Positions 50,404 through 60,982 of a DNA stretch of 64,000 nt are shown here, piece after piece. Both the position numbers and the translations under genes were made by a program. Positions within the stretch are counted from its first letter, which is position 1. Every line of letters begins with the position of its first letter. This DNA comes from Nitrospiraceae bacterium (GTDB lineage: Bacteria > Nitrospirota > Nitrospiria > Nitrospirales > Nitrospiraceae): positions 192,001 through 256,000 of the forward strand of contig JBFWWG010000002.1 of NCBI GenBank assembly GCA_050246315.1. Direction: 5' to 3'. The notes under the pieces are model-generated. The model was not told where the DNA came from. It searched no databases and saw only the letters and a list, made by a program, of their open reading frames with translations.

Positions 50404-53244
50404 ATGAGCCTCGGCCAGATCGCCGTAGACGTGATGGCGCGCCGGTCCTTTCCGTCGCGCCTGATCCAGGCGACGGCAATCGGCGGGTTGTCGGCCATTT
50501 TGGCGGCAGGAATCTTCGCCGGGGCCGGACCTGTCACGACCCTGCTCGATCGCGCACTGTATGACTGGTGGGCGATGAGACAAGCGACACCCTCTGTCGA
50601 AACGGTCATCATCATCGGCGGCGGGAACGAATCCCGACTAGTCGAGCCGGGTTTGCGGCGAGAACAAGTCGCGCGCGTGATCGATGCGCTACATCAAGCC
50701 GGCGTGCGGGCTATCGGCCTGCTCGACCCGCTGATCACACCCGGCGCTCCGGAACAGGGCGGAGCCGCCGGCGATACGCTGCTGGCCGAAGCGATCGCAC
50801 AGAGCGGCAGAGTGGTGATCCCGCTAGCCTTGATCCCGCAGGAGGGCCTTCGGCCAGGATCAACGGCGGACCGAGAGAACGGTATCACTCCGGTGCACCG
50901 GCAGTGGCTCCCGGTGGTCGATCCCAACTATGGAGGAGCGCCCGAGACCGTCCTCCTGGCCCCGCCGCTCGGGTCGCTCCTGGAAGCGGCAGCCAACGCG
51001 GGCCATCAGATCCTCACTCCGGACCGGGACGGAGTCATCCGGCACACACCGCTCTTCGTTCGGCTAAACGATCGTTTCGTTCCGGCTTTCGGCTTGGCGC
51101 TTTGGCTGACCGCCTCCGATCTCTCCAGCTCTCACCTCACCTTCCGGTCCGGTTCTTCGCTGAAGATTCGCAGGTCCGGCTCGACCGAACAGGATCTGGT
51201 TCTGCCACTCGACGGAATGGAGCGACTGATGCTCCCCGCGTTGCAAGCCCCCTTGCCTCCCTCGGCAACGGTCATCCCGACAGAAGAGCTGCTGCGCTTG
51301 GTTGAGGCGAACGACTTCGATCTCCTCCGCACCAGATTCGCTCACACCATCGTTCTGCTCGAAACTAGAGAGCGGGAGAAGGCAGTCTGGCGCATGACCA
51401 GACCTCCCCTGACTGACTATCATCTTCTGACATCGTTGATGACCGGTCGCTGGGCCACGCCCTGCGCCCCATCAGTCACTGTCGCCGTTTCCTTGTTGCT
51501 TCCCGCAATGGGCGCCTGGCTCTTCCTCACCTTGCACGCCGGGAGAGCGATCGCTCTGGCTAGTGTGATCATGCTGGCCTATTTGGGGCTGGCCTTTGGT
51601 TTGCTGTCCTTCTCTCACCTCGTCCTTCCGGTATTCGTTCCTCTCTGTGCTCTCTTGGTCACAACCGGCTGTGCCCTGATGTGGAAACAGACTGCCGCCG
51701 GAGTACAGATCCGGCTCCTGGAACAGGATGTTCAGCGTGTCCAGGCACACCTTACCGCGGTACGCGAAGCCGTGGCTTCCCAGGAATCCCTGGTCGAGCG
51801 GCTGACCGAAGACCTCGAAGCGGCAAGAACCGGCATGCTGGAATCGGCCACGAAAGCCCGTTCGCTCGAATCGTCCGCCCGGTCGATGCAGCAGGCGCTT
51901 GAGGAGGCTGCGGCAAAGGAGTTGGAAGCGCGCCGCCGCCTGAGCGAACTGGAGACGGATCTCGCCGGCCTGAGGGCCGCCTCTGTCACGGACGAGCCGA
52001 TGCCACAAGCCGAGTGGGAGGACCTCCGCGAGGCATGCCGGCAGTTCAATATTCTGTCACGGAACCCGGCGGTGTTGAAGAGTTTCAGAGAGGTCAAGAA
52101 GGCCGCACGTACTCCGATTCCCATTTTGATTCTCGGAGAATCCGGCACCGGCAAAGAACTCTTTGCCCGCGCCGTCCATCTGCTCAGTCCTCGATCCGCC
52201 CAGCCGTTCATCGCCGTCAACATGGCGGCGATCTCACCGGAGCTGTTTGAAAGCGAATTATTCGGTCATGTTCGCGGAAGCTTCAGCGGAGCGACCCAAG
52301 ACCGTCCGGGCTATTTCGAGTTGGCGGACCGGGGCACGCTCTTCCTCGACGAAATCGGCGATCTCCGGCCCGACCACCAGAGCAAACTTCTGCGGGCGCT
52401 GCAAGAACGGACATTTTATCGCGTGGGAGCCACCAAACCCTCCACCGTGGATGTCCGCATTATCGCCGCCACCAATCGGGACCTGATCCAAGGAGTCACG
52501 GACGGTTGGTTCCGTTCCGACCTCTATGCCAGGCTCCGTGGTTTGCCTGTGACCCTGCCGCCATTGCGTGACCGGCGCGAGGACATTCCGCTCCTCGCAG
52601 ACCATTTCCTGAAGGCGGCGGGGACCGCCATGTCCCGGTCTCCGCTCAGCTTCACGGAAGACGCCCTGAAGACGTTGGAGGAATATGCCTGGCCGCACAA
52701 CGTGCGTGAGTTGCAACAATGCATCGAACAGGCGGCCGCCCTGACAGACGGGGATCTCATCGGAGTCGAAGACCTCCGACTCACACGACCCTTTCCGCCA
52801 CGATCCCCTCGCACCGGTGGAGCAGGGTCCTCGCCCCCGGATGTGGCAGGAGACAGGGCGGTACTGGAATGCCTCCGCACTCACCGATTCGACATGCAAG
52901 CCACCGCAAGCGCTTTGGGTTGGGATCGGAGTACCGTCACGCAGCGATTGAAGGGACTCTGCTTCCAGGCTCTTGTCGATCACGGGCACGACAAGGTCCT
53001 GGCGGCGACCGCCCTAGCCCAGGACCCCGGCCTGATCCGAACGGTTGAATTGAAACTCATCGAGTACACCGATCACCTGTTCCAGGTTGCCCGAACCTAT
53101 CCCTCCGCGACGGACGCGATCGAGGCCTGTCGGAGACGATTCAAGAATCTGTCCGATCGTCACTTCAAGGCGGTGGAAGTACTGATCCAACGAGAGTTTG
53201 AAATGCTCGGTCGAAGCAACCGACTTCCCTCTCAAATCCAATAG
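50404..53244 (+). CDS. CHASE2-TM-coiled coil-sigma54 AAA+-HTH transcriptional activator
   Basis: N-terminal TM, CHASE2-like DRDGVIRH..L/PAFGL, 3 TMs, coiled coil, GESGTGKE, ESELFGH, GTLFLDEIGD, AATNRDL, WPHNVREL, HTH ASALGWDRSTV. Start 50404 or 50434. Confidence 0.85.
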   Translation: MSLGQIAVDVMARRSFPSRLIQATAIGGLSAILAAGIFAGAGPVTTLLDRALYDWWAMRQATPSVETVIIIGGGNESRLVEPGLRREQVARVIDALHQAGVRAIGLLDPLITPGAPEQGGAAGDTLLAEAIAQSGRVVIPLALIPQEGLRPGSTADRENGITPVHRQWLPVVDPNYGGAPETVLLAPPLGSLLEAAANAGHQILTPDRDGVIRHTPLFVRLNDRFVPAFGLALWLTASDLSSSHLTFRSGSSLKIRRSGSTEQDLVLPLDGMERLMLPALQAPLPPSATVIPTEELLRLVEANDFDLLRTRFAHTIVLLETREREKAVWRMTRPPLTDYHLLTSLMTGRWATPCAPSVTVAVSLLLPAMGAWLFLTLHAGRAIALASVIMLAYLGLAFGLLSFSHLVLPVFVPLCALLVTTGCALMWKQTAAGVQIRLLEQDVQRVQAHLTAVREAVASQESLVERLTEDLEAARTGMLESATKARSLESSARSMQQALEEAAAKELEARRRLSELETDLAGLRAASVTDEPMPQAEWEDLREACRQFNILSRNPAVLKSFREVKKAARTPIPILILGESGTGKELFARAVHLLSPRSAQPFIAVNMAAISPELFESELFGHVRGSFSGATQDRPGYFELADRGTLFLDEIGDLRPDHQSKLLRALQERTFYRVGATKPSTVDVRIIAATNRDLIQGVTDGWFRSDLYARLRGLPVTLPPLRDRREDIPLLADHFLKAAGTAMSRSPLSFTEDALKTLEEYAWPHNVRELQQCIEQAAALTDGDLIGVEDLRLTRPFPPRSPRTGGAGSSPPDVAGDRAVLECLRTHRFDMQATASALGWDRSTVTQRLKGLCFQALVDHGHDKVLAATALAQDPGLIRTVELKLIEYTDHLFQVARTYPSATDAIEACRRRFKNLSDRHFKAVEVLIQREFEMLGRSNRLPSQIQ

Positions 53245-53370
53245 ACTCCATGCGGGGCTATCCCCGCATCCCCTCAACAGCCTCTGAATTCCCGCAAGGT
53301 ATCCATCAGAAACGTTCTCGTATCCTGCTGTTTTTGCGTGAGTATTTGACTCGCTCTCGGTTTGGCTCTT

Positions 53371-53386
53371 CGGCACCCCAGTTGCT
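53371..53386 (+). promoter_or_regulatory. Putative sigma54 promoter for the ompA-target-sortase operon
   Basis: CGGCACCCCAGTTGCT = GG-N10-GC matching YGGCAC-N5-TTGC. Confidence 0.7.
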
Positions 53387-53605
53387 CATCCTAGGCTCGA
53401 ACGATGGCTTGATGGAATGAACGGCCGGAATGAAAGGAGGTGACGGAAAGCGCTGTTCCATCGGAGCCACGAAAGAAGGAGCGATAACAGATCACACCCG
53501 CACCACCTTCTCTCAGGGAGTACGGGTTGCTCTCCCGTCGTACTGGGCTCTGGGGGAGCGAGAGACAACGCTAGGAGATCTTTCAGGAAGAAAGGAGTTC
53601 CATCC

Positions 53606-54457
53606 ATGAACAAAGGTGCCGAACACATAGTCTATGCCGCCAATCCGACAGCCGGCAGCGCCGCCCAGGGAGAACAGACGGATCGCGGCGTGAACGAAGT
53701 CATGATCGTGGGAGGGAGCGTGCTGGTGCTGGCCATTGGGATAGGGATCGCCTGGATGGTGGCTTCGCAATCGGAGCAGACGACGCGGGCAACGTCCGTC
53801 TCCTTCCCATCATCGCCCATCGTGATGCCGGAGGTTTCGACCTCCGCGGGTCGCACGGGCGAGATCGCCGGCCAACCGGTACAACAACCTTCTGTCTCGA
53901 CGGCTGCCCTCCCGACCCAACTCAAAGAGTCGCACCACGCCGATATTTCGTTTGATTTCGGGAAAACGCGACTCACCAATGAGGCCAAGGTCTATCTCGA
54001 CGAGCATGCGGCCTTTATGACCAGAAACCAGGACTATGGGCTCCTCATCCAAGGTTACACCGATGGCCGCGGTTCGTCGCTCTATAACAGAGCCCTCGGT
54101 CTCAAGCGGGCTGAATCCGTCAAGGCTTACCTGATCAGCCTCGGGGTGCCGGAGCACCGGATCAAGACCGCAAGCCTCGGCGAAGATGGAGTCCTCTGTC
54201 TTGACGACAGTTTGGACTGCCTCATGCTCAACCGCCGCGCCCATCTGGAGTTCATTAAGGTCGGGTCCACACATTTGATGCCGCCTGTGGAGTCGGTCCC
54301 AGCGGACAGCACAACCGTCCCGTCGGAGCCTGTCACGGCTGAACCGATCGTAGAACCGGTTCAGGATTCGACCGATACTTCCATCCCCCTTCAGCCTGTC
54401 GAATCACAGGAGCCTGAAAATCAGCTCGTGCCGGACGAGCCAGGCGTCACGCCTTAA
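53606..54457 (+). CDS. Membrane-anchored OmpA-family peptidoglycan-binding protein (PdsO-like position)
   Basis: N-terminal TM; ISFDFGK, IQGYTDGRGS..YN..LG.KRA, SLGE, NRR. Confidence 0.85.
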   Translation: MNKGAEHIVYAANPTAGSAAQGEQTDRGVNEVMIVGGSVLVLAIGIGIAWMVASQSEQTTRATSVSFPSSPIVMPEVSTSAGRTGEIAGQPVQQPSVSTAALPTQLKESHHADISFDFGKTRLTNEAKVYLDEHAAFMTRNQDYGLLIQGYTDGRGSSLYNRALGLKRAESVKAYLISLGVPEHRIKTASLGEDGVLCLDDSLDCLMLNRRAHLEFIKVGSTHLMPPVESVPADSTTVPSEPVTAEPIVEPVQDSTDTSIPLQPVESQEPENQLVPDEPGVTP

Positions 54458-54539
54458 CGAACTTGCTGCGCCGGAGGCCGGCATGGTCCGACCTCCGGCT
54501 CCTCCAAGAGCCTTAAACGATTCGCCCCCAGGAGCTCCC

Positions 54540-56666
54540 ATGCGAATTCTTGCAATCGACAGGCATCGTGTCCGGCTGATTCCCCTCTTGATCCCACTCA
54601 TGATGGCCCCGGCTCTGATCTCGTCGCTATCCACTCTGCAGGAGATCGCGTCCGCCGCGGACGACGGACAGGGAATGTCATTGAAGGAGGTCACCAGCGG
54701 GTCGCTTTTGTTGAAAGGCCAACCCGGCTTGCTGATCCCGGCGCCGACTCTCCATACCGACGTGACCATCTCTGTAAGCGGCCTCATCTCCCGCGCCAGG
54801 GTGAGCCAACAGTTTTCCAATCCAGGCGAGACTTGGCTGGAGGGCATCTATGCCTTTCCCTTGCCGGAGAGAGCCGCCGTGGACCATCTCAGGATGAAGA
54901 TCGGCGAACGGATCATCGAGGGCCAGGTCAAGGAACGGAGCGAGGCGAAGCAAACATACGAACGGGCCAAATCAGATGGCAAACGCACGGGTCTCGTTGA
55001 GCAGGAACGACCCAACCTGTTCACAACCTCGGTCGCTAATATCGGGCCTCATGAAACGGTTCAAATAGAAATCGAGTATCAGGAGACGATCAGGTCGGAT
55101 CATGGGAAATTTCATCTTCGCTTTCCGATGGTCATCGGCCCTCGTTACATCCCGGGGCGTCCTCTCGACAGCGTGACCTCATCAGAACCACCTTCTTCGT
55201 CGAACCACAGTGCTCAAGGCCATGGTTGGGCGCCGGACACGGATCAAGTACCGGACGCCTCCAGAATTACCCCTCCCGTGCTGCATCCCTCTCAAGGCCC
55301 CATCAATCCGGTCAGCCTCTCAATCGATCTGATGCCGGGATTCCCGATCTCCCATGTGGATGCGCCCTACCATGCTGTTCAGGCCGTATCCGAGACCGCC
55401 ACGCATTGGCGCATCGCGCTCCGGGACGGCGCGGTGCCTGCGGATCGCGACTTCGAATTGATGTGGCGGCCGTTGCCCGGCTCCATGCCGACCGCGTCCC
55501 TGTTCACCGAATCACGCGAGGAATCGCACTATGGCTTGCTGATGATCACGCCGCCGGCGATCGAACATGACTCGTCGATCGGAGGTCCGCGTGAGGTCAT
55601 CTTCGTCATCGACACGTCCGGCTCGATGTACGGACTGTCTCTCGATCAAGCCAAGGACGCGCTGCGCCTGGCGCTCTCCCGGCTGCGCCCGGAGGATCGC
55701 TTCAACATCATTCAATTCAACAGCGTGACGCACCGGTTGTTTGCCGCTCCGCAGCCGGGCGTCCAGGCGCAACTCGATCAGGCGATTGGCTACGTCAACG
55801 GACTTCAAGCCACCGGGGGCACGGAAATGCTTCCAGCCCTCACCCTCGCCCTTGACGGCTCACCCCAGCCCGGTCGGCTGCGGCAGGTCATCTTTCTGAC
55901 AGACGGACAGATCGGAAATGAAACGGAATTGTTCACCACGATCCAGGAACGCCTGGGCGATAGGCGTCTGTTCACCGTCGGCATCGGGTCGGCGCCCAAC
56001 AGTTATTTCATGCGGCGGGCGGCAGAGATCGGGCGCGGCGCCTTCACCTATATCGGAAGGATCGACGAGGTGCGGGACCGCATGACCGATTTGTTCCAAA
56101 AATTGGAACACCCGGTACTGACCGACCTCGCAATCACAGACGAGGGCTGGAGGCAGATGGACCTCCTGCCGGCACAGATTCCCGACCTCTACATGGGAGA
56201 ACCGATTCTGCTCGCACTCAAGGCACCGTCGTTTCCTAATCACGTCACACTCAAGGGACGGATCGGCGCTCGGCCGTGGCAAGCCGAGTTCTCGTTGATC
56301 GATCGCCAGGATCGGGAAGGCATTGCGGTCCATTGGGCCAGAGAGACAATCCACGCCCTCACGGAGCGCCTCGTCCACAGTACCGATCACGCCTCGCTCC
56401 GAAATCAGATCGTCGAGGTCGCGTTACAGCATCACCTGGTCAGTCGATTCACAAGCCTGGTGGCGATCGACGTCACACCGGTCAGGCCGGTCATGGAGGC
56501 GGTGCACACAAAGCCGCTTCCGACCAACCTACCTCACGGTCAGGACTATGAACACATCTTTGGCTTGCCGCAGACTGCTACCTCCGCATCCCTCCATCTC
56601 ATGATCGGCGGACTGGCGCTGTTGTTAGCGATGCTCTTCGTGACGCGTTTCAGGTCTTCCACATGA
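54540..56666 (+). CDS. VIT + vWA domain sortase-target protein with LPQTA sorting signal
   Basis: VIT (YAFPLP..AAVD, EQERPNLFT), MIDAS DTSGSM, GGTE, LTDG; C-terminal LPQTA + hydrophobic stretch + RFRSST. Confidence 0.88.
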   Translation: MRILAIDRHRVRLIPLLIPLMMAPALISSLSTLQEIASAADDGQGMSLKEVTSGSLLLKGQPGLLIPAPTLHTDVTISVSGLISRARVSQQFSNPGETWLEGIYAFPLPERAAVDHLRMKIGERIIEGQVKERSEAKQTYERAKSDGKRTGLVEQERPNLFTTSVANIGPHETVQIEIEYQETIRSDHGKFHLRFPMVIGPRYIPGRPLDSVTSSEPPSSSNHSAQGHGWAPDTDQVPDASRITPPVLHPSQGPINPVSLSIDLMPGFPISHVDAPYHAVQAVSETATHWRIALRDGAVPADRDFELMWRPLPGSMPTASLFTESREESHYGLLMITPPAIEHDSSIGGPREVIFVIDTSGSMYGLSLDQAKDALRLALSRLRPEDRFNIIQFNSVTHRLFAAPQPGVQAQLDQAIGYVNGLQATGGTEMLPALTLALDGSPQPGRLRQVIFLTDGQIGNETELFTTIQERLGDRRLFTVGIGSAPNSYFMRRAAEIGRGAFTYIGRIDEVRDRMTDLFQKLEHPVLTDLAITDEGWRQMDLLPAQIPDLYMGEPILLALKAPSFPNHVTLKGRIGARPWQAEFSLIDRQDREGIAVHWARETIHALTERLVHSTDHASLRNQIVEVALQHHLVSRFTSLVAIDVTPVRPVMEAVHTKPLPTNLPHGQDYEHIFGLPQTATSASLHLMIGGLALLLAMLFVTRFRSST

Positions 56667-57250
56667 TGGGCACATTCCACCGGCTATCAGGCTGCTTGGC
56701 CATCGGCATCATGGGTTGTTTCGGGATGTGGGAATTGGCGCAAGGAGGGTGGATCCACTTGAAGGCGTCATTGGCGCAACACTTACTGCAACAAGCATGG
56801 GCGCAGACGATTGCGCGACAAACCCCAATCAAACCCTGGCCCTGGGCAGACACCTTTCCTATCGCCAGACTCTTGGTATCGCGTCACCAGATCGATGAGA
56901 TCGTGCTGGCCGGCGCCAACGGACGGACGTTGGCGTTCGGACCAGCTCACCATGAAGACAGCGCGAAGCCTGGCATGATGGGCGTCAGCATCATCACCGG
57001 TCATCGGGACACCCATTTCCGGTTTCTTCACCGGTTGGAGCCGGGTGACCGGATCGATGTGCAGACCGTACATGGCGCCTTGGTCAGCTACCGGGTCCTG
57101 GGCAGCAGCGTGGTGGACGGCCGGCTGCCGTTACAGGTTTCGGGAGGGGACGAAAACGTTCTGCTCCTGGTGACTTGCTATCCCTTCGATGCCTTGGTGT
57201 CGGGCGGGCCGTTCCGGTATGTCGTGATGGCAGAGATGAGTGATCGGTGA
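56663..57250 (+). CDS. Gram-negative-type (class GN) sortase
   Basis: KPWPWADT, LAFGPAH, GHRDTHF, LVTCYPF, RYVV; ATGA overlap with the target gene. Confidence 0.9.
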   Translation: MMGTFHRLSGCLAIGIMGCFGMWELAQGGWIHLKASLAQHLLQQAWAQTIARQTPIKPWPWADTFPIARLLVSRHQIDEIVLAGANGRTLAFGPAHHEDSAKPGMMGVSIITGHRDTHFRFLHRLEPGDRIDVQTVHGALVSYRVLGSSVVDGRLPLQVSGGDENVLLLVTCYPFDALVSGGPFRYVVMAEMSDR

Positions 57251-57416
57251 CCCAGCATAGAGTCGAGGGGACTGGCTCCGCGGTCTGGATCGCTAGGGGA
57301 CTGACACCCTTCACCGCGTCTGCGCGTGGTGTCTGTCCCGCTTCTGAACCAACCGTAATTGCAGCAGCGCGACTCAAGTTTGTGGCCGGGTATCCGAAAA
57401 AGAAACGGGAATACCC

Positions 57417-57779
57417 ATGGCCGTCACGAAGCCCCATGCCTCACGCCTGCGGATCTCCAATGATCCGATGTATCAGCTCTTACGCGACGGGGCGATCACC
57501 GAGTTCAACGCCAAAAAGGCCGCGGGCCAGACGGTAAGCCTGCGCAACTGTGACCTCCGGGGCCTTGACCTGCGTGGATTGGACGCGGACGGCTTAGATT
57601 TCAGCGACAGTTATTTCAGGCAGGCCGACCTGCGCGGCGTGGATTTCCGCCGCGCGAACCTCGAAGGGGCCAGCCTCAACAATGCCCAGATCTCAGGCGC
57701 CTACTTCCCCCTGGAACTCTCCCCTGAAGAAATCACCCTGTCCCTCACCCACGGCACTCGCATGCGGTACCGGAAATAG
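57417..57779 (+). CDS. Pentapeptide repeat protein
   Basis: CDLRG LDLRG LDADG LDFSD SYFRQ ADLRG VDFRR ANLEG ASLNN. Confidence 0.88.
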   Translation: MAVTKPHASRLRISNDPMYQLLRDGAITEFNAKKAAGQTVSLRNCDLRGLDLRGLDADGLDFSDSYFRQADLRGVDFRRANLEGASLNNAQISGAYFPLELSPEEITLSLTHGTRMRYRK

Positions 57780-58026
57780 CCTCGGCACGCGCTGTTCCAA
57801 CTCCTGCACGCAAAGAAGGCCTTGGCGCAGTCCGAAGCGTCATATCCGGCGTCGGAGCGGTGCCCCCATGCACCAAGAGCTTATTCACCCTGGGCGAGGT
57901 CAGCCACCCTGTCCTTGCCTACGGCATTCCACTCGCTATATTCTGTCATCCGCAGTATGGAGCATCTCACCTGCGGGTTGATCATTCCGAGCCTCGAGCC
58001 ACCCAGCTCGAAGAGGAGTATCCGCC

Positions 58027-58209
58027 ATGGGGAAAATCGTCGAGTGCGCCAAGGTTGATCCATCCTCCGGATGCAAGCACGTCGTTCGTGGGAAGACCGA
58101 AGAAGAACTCCTGAAGAACGCCATGGAACATGCGAAGCAACACGGAATTCGGGAGGCAACGCCCGAACTCATGGCTAAAGTAAAAGCAGCGATCCGGGAC
58201 GAGAAGTAA
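58027..58209 (+). CDS. DUF1059 family small protein
   Basis: C-x7-C..V.G.TEEELL....HA...HG; GAGGAG SD. Confidence 0.8.
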   Translation: MGKIVECAKVDPSSGCKHVVRGKTEEELLKNAMEHAKQHGIREATPELMAKVKAAIRDEK

Positions 58210-58370
58210 GAGTTTCGATCCCAACGTTCATGGCCTCACAATCGGCTGACCCTGACGGCGCTGGAGGTCGGCGGCTGATGGGCCGGCGGTACAGCCGAAG
58301 GTTGGTGCGGTACAACCGAAGGTTGGTATAGATGGGCGGCGTCCGATGCTTACCCTGATCCACTACACGA

Positions 58371-58442
58371 AGCGAGACGGCACGGACGATTCAGGAACAC
58401 CGTCACGAGGCGTTCGAGGCCGAAGCCCGCCGGGGTTGCTCG
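58371..58442 (+). repeat. 72-bp direct repeat, copy 1
   Basis: 7 mismatches versus 58728-58799 by hand alignment. Confidence 0.85.
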
Positions 58443-58562
58443 CAGGTGAGGACGACGCAGGCGTACCCAAAGTGGTACGTCGAGGAGGCTGATCGAGAAC
58501 GACCCCGCCGGGCGAGAGAATCGGATGCCGCAGTAGGTGTTGTATGGATCGTTCGTGCCGAA

Positions 58563-58639
58563 TGGTGCGCCCGGCTGGAATCGAACCAGCGACCCACAGC
58601 TTAGAAGGCTGTTGCTCTATCCAACTGAGCTACGGGCGC
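58563..58639 (-). tRNA. tRNA-Arg(UCU)
   Basis: GCGCCCGTAGCTCAGTTGGATAGAGCAACAGCC-TTCTAA-GCTGTGGGTCGCTGGTTCGATTCCAGCCGGGCGCACCA. Confidence 0.96.
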
Positions 58640-58727
58640 ACAGGAAGTGTTGAGTGCTGATGAGTTGGGAACAAGACTTGCCGTATCCTGCCAAGCACTC
58701 ACGCCATACTTGGTCTTCTGACAAGCC

Positions 58728-58799
58728 AGCGAGGCGGCACGGATGATTCATGAACACCGTCACGAGGCGTTTGAGATCGACGCCCGCCGGGGTTGCTCG
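58728..58799 (+). repeat. 72-bp direct repeat, copy 2
   Basis: See 58371-58442. Confidence 0.85.
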
Positions 58800-59011
58800 G
58801 TCCGTTGAGTCGTCGGCTCATACACCCACAAGCGAAAGAAAACACACCTGAGGTGTTTCTCCACTGGCGCAAGGAAGAGGGCTACTCCTGATGAGCCGGC
58901 GGCACACGCCAAGTCGTCAATGACAGGCCAAGATTGCTAGAGCGGTTTCTCCGGCGGCGTCATATGGGGAAGGCTTCGCCTGAAGAGCCGCCGGTACTAG
59001 CAAGCTTGGTA

Positions 59012-59088
<77 letters not shown>

Positions 59089-59092
59089 ACAT

Positions 59093-59692
59093 TCACTTAA
59101 CTGCCTCACCTACTTGTAGCAGTTCTTTCGCCCGATGAAAAGCGCGGGCTCGATGGCTGACCTGATTCTTTTCCTCCGGCGTCATCTCGGCCAGGGTCTT
59201 GCCCATTTCCGGAACCAGAAAGACCGGATCGTACCCGAACCCTGACGCCCCCTTCGGTTCCTCCGTGATGACTCCGTCCAAGGTTCCCAGCGCTACCTGG
59301 ACCCTCCCGTCTGGATAGGCAATGGCAGCGGCGGTAACGAAGCGAGCCTGCCGCCTGGCTCGATGCACGCCGTTGAGTTCGTGCAACAGCTTCCGCCAAT
59401 TATCCTCATAGGTCGCCGACTCCCCCGCGTATCGTGCGGCATAGACTCCCGGGCGTCCATCAAGCACCGCCACCTCCAAGGCGGTGTCGTCGGCAATCGC
59501 GGGGAGCCTGGTGTACTCCATGGCCGATCGCGCTTTTTTGATGGCGTTGGCTTCGCAGGTGGACCCGTCTTCAACCACGTCGGGCGCGCCTGGAAAATCT
59601 CCGATCGTCCGCAATCGAACGCCCAAGTCTTGAAGCAGGGCCTGCAGCTCCTTGCACTTGTCTTTGTTTCTTGTTGCAACAATCAGTTCCAT
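59093..59692 (-). CDS. rdgB: Non-canonical purine NTP pyrophosphatase
   Basis: [32 protein letters not shown]. Confidence 0.92.
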   Translation of the reverse strand: MELIVATRNKDKCKELQALLQDLGVRLRTIGDFPGAPDVVEDGSTCEANAIKKARSAMEYTRLPAIADDTALEVAVLDGRPGVYAARYAGESATYEDNWRKLLHELNGVHRARRQARFVTAAAIAYPDGRVQVALGTLDGVITEEPKGASGFGYDPVFLVPEMGKTLAEMTPEEKNQVSHRARAFHRAKELLQVGEAVK

Positions 59693-59718
59693 AATACAAC
59701 GTCATGTGATACTTGATC

Positions 59719-60465
59719 TTAATCGAGCTTGCCGATCAGGTTCTTCTGGAGCGTCACCAACTGCTCGATCGCCTGCCATCCCAGATTCAAGAATTCATCA
59801 AGATCCTTCCGGTCGAAGGGGTCTCGCTCGGCCGTTCCCTGGATTTCGACAAACCGACCCGACCCTGTCATCACCAAGTTCAGATCGACTTCGGCGGCGG
59901 AATCCTCATCATAGGCAAGGTCTACCATCGAACGGCCCCCGACCTTGCCCACGCTCACAGCGGCCAGGTAGTCAAGCATGGGGCGCTGTTTGATCATGTC
60001 CTTCTTCTTCAGTACCGCACAGGCATCGGCCAAAGCGATGAAGGCCCCAGTGATCGAGGCAGTTCTGGTTCCGCCGTCGGCCTGTATCACATCGCAGTCA
60101 ATCCAGACAGTCCGTTCTCCCAACTGGGTCATGTCCACGACCGCACGGAGGGAACGCCCCACCAGCCGTTGAATCTCCAAGGTTCGCCCCCCCTGTTTTC
60201 CCTTCACTGCCTCGCGCGGGCTCCGATCGTGGGTGGCCCTGGGGAGCATGGCATATTCCGCTGTCACCCACCCCTGCCCCTTGTCCTTGAGAAACGAGGG
60301 CACCTTTTCTTCGACGGATGCCGTACAGATGACTTTCGTATCGCCCATCTCCATCAGCACCGACCCTTCGGCGTACTTGATGAAGTTCCTGGTGACCTTG
60401 ATCGGACGCAACTGATCGCGTCGCCGGCCGTCCTTGCGGACTGTCTTATTGCCCAATTCTGTCAT
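59719..60465 (-). CDS. rph: Ribonuclease PH
   Basis: [41 protein letters not shown]. Confidence 0.95.
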   Translation of the reverse strand: MTELGNKTVRKDGRRRDQLRPIKVTRNFIKYAEGSVLMEMGDTKVICTASVEEKVPSFLKDKGQGWVTAEYAMLPRATHDRSPREAVKGKQGGRTLEIQRLVGRSLRAVVDMTQLGERTVWIDCDVIQADGGTRTASITGAFIALADACAVLKKKDMIKQRPMLDYLAAVSVGKVGGRSMVDLAYDEDSAAEVDLNLVMTGSGRFVEIQGTAERDPFDRKDLDEFLNLGWQAIEQLVTLQKNLIGKLD

Positions 60466-60557
60466 GGTTGTCCCTTTCACCGAACGGAGGATGTTGCCGG
60501 CCGTCTCTACAGAGTTCGCGCAGCGGAGCCGATTATAGGAAAAGCACGGACGAAAGA

Positions 60558-60716
60558 TCAAACCTCCGGATCTTGCGGCGGACCGGATTCCATCGCTCGA
60601 CCTTCCGTGCCGGACCGAGTTCTTCGAGCAACCCGTACACGGATGTACAGCAACAACACGATGAAGATACCGATCGTGTACAGAAACAAATTTTCGTACT
60701 CGAACTCATAGGGCAT
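60558..60716 (-). CDS. Putative 52-aa single-TM small protein
   Basis: [34 protein letters not shown] helix followed by a basic patch. Confidence 0.5.
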   Translation of the reverse strand: MPYEFEYENLFLYTIGIFIVLLLYIRVRVARRTRSGTEGRAMESGPPQDPEV

Positions 60717-60852
60717 GGGATAGCTTATGACTGAGCACACGTCCGCATAGCAATCGATGAGTTCCCTTCACTGGAGAGGGGTTAGAGCCCGCAGGAGGGA
60801 TGAAGCAGTGGCAGTTCCAAACCGACCAAAGCTGCTACATTTTTGCCGACAC

Positions 60853-60868
60853 TGGCACAAACTCTGCA
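60853..60868 (+). promoter_or_regulatory. Putative sigma54 promoter
   Basis: TGGCACAAACTCTGCA = GG-N10-GC, about 115 bp upstream of the HD-GYP gene. Confidence 0.55.
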
Positions 60869-60982
60869 TCCATTTTTTGCGCTTTTCCGCCGAGCCAGGC
60901 AGGATCGCCCGGCGCATAGCGTGACTTCATGATGAGACGAGACCGTCACCATTCCCCAACTCCAAGGGTCTAATCAAACACA

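Noticed and set aside
58286..58327. 21-bp tandem duplication GCGGTACA(G/A)CCGAAGGTTGGT
   Set aside because: Only two adjacent units with no spacer; most likely slippage.
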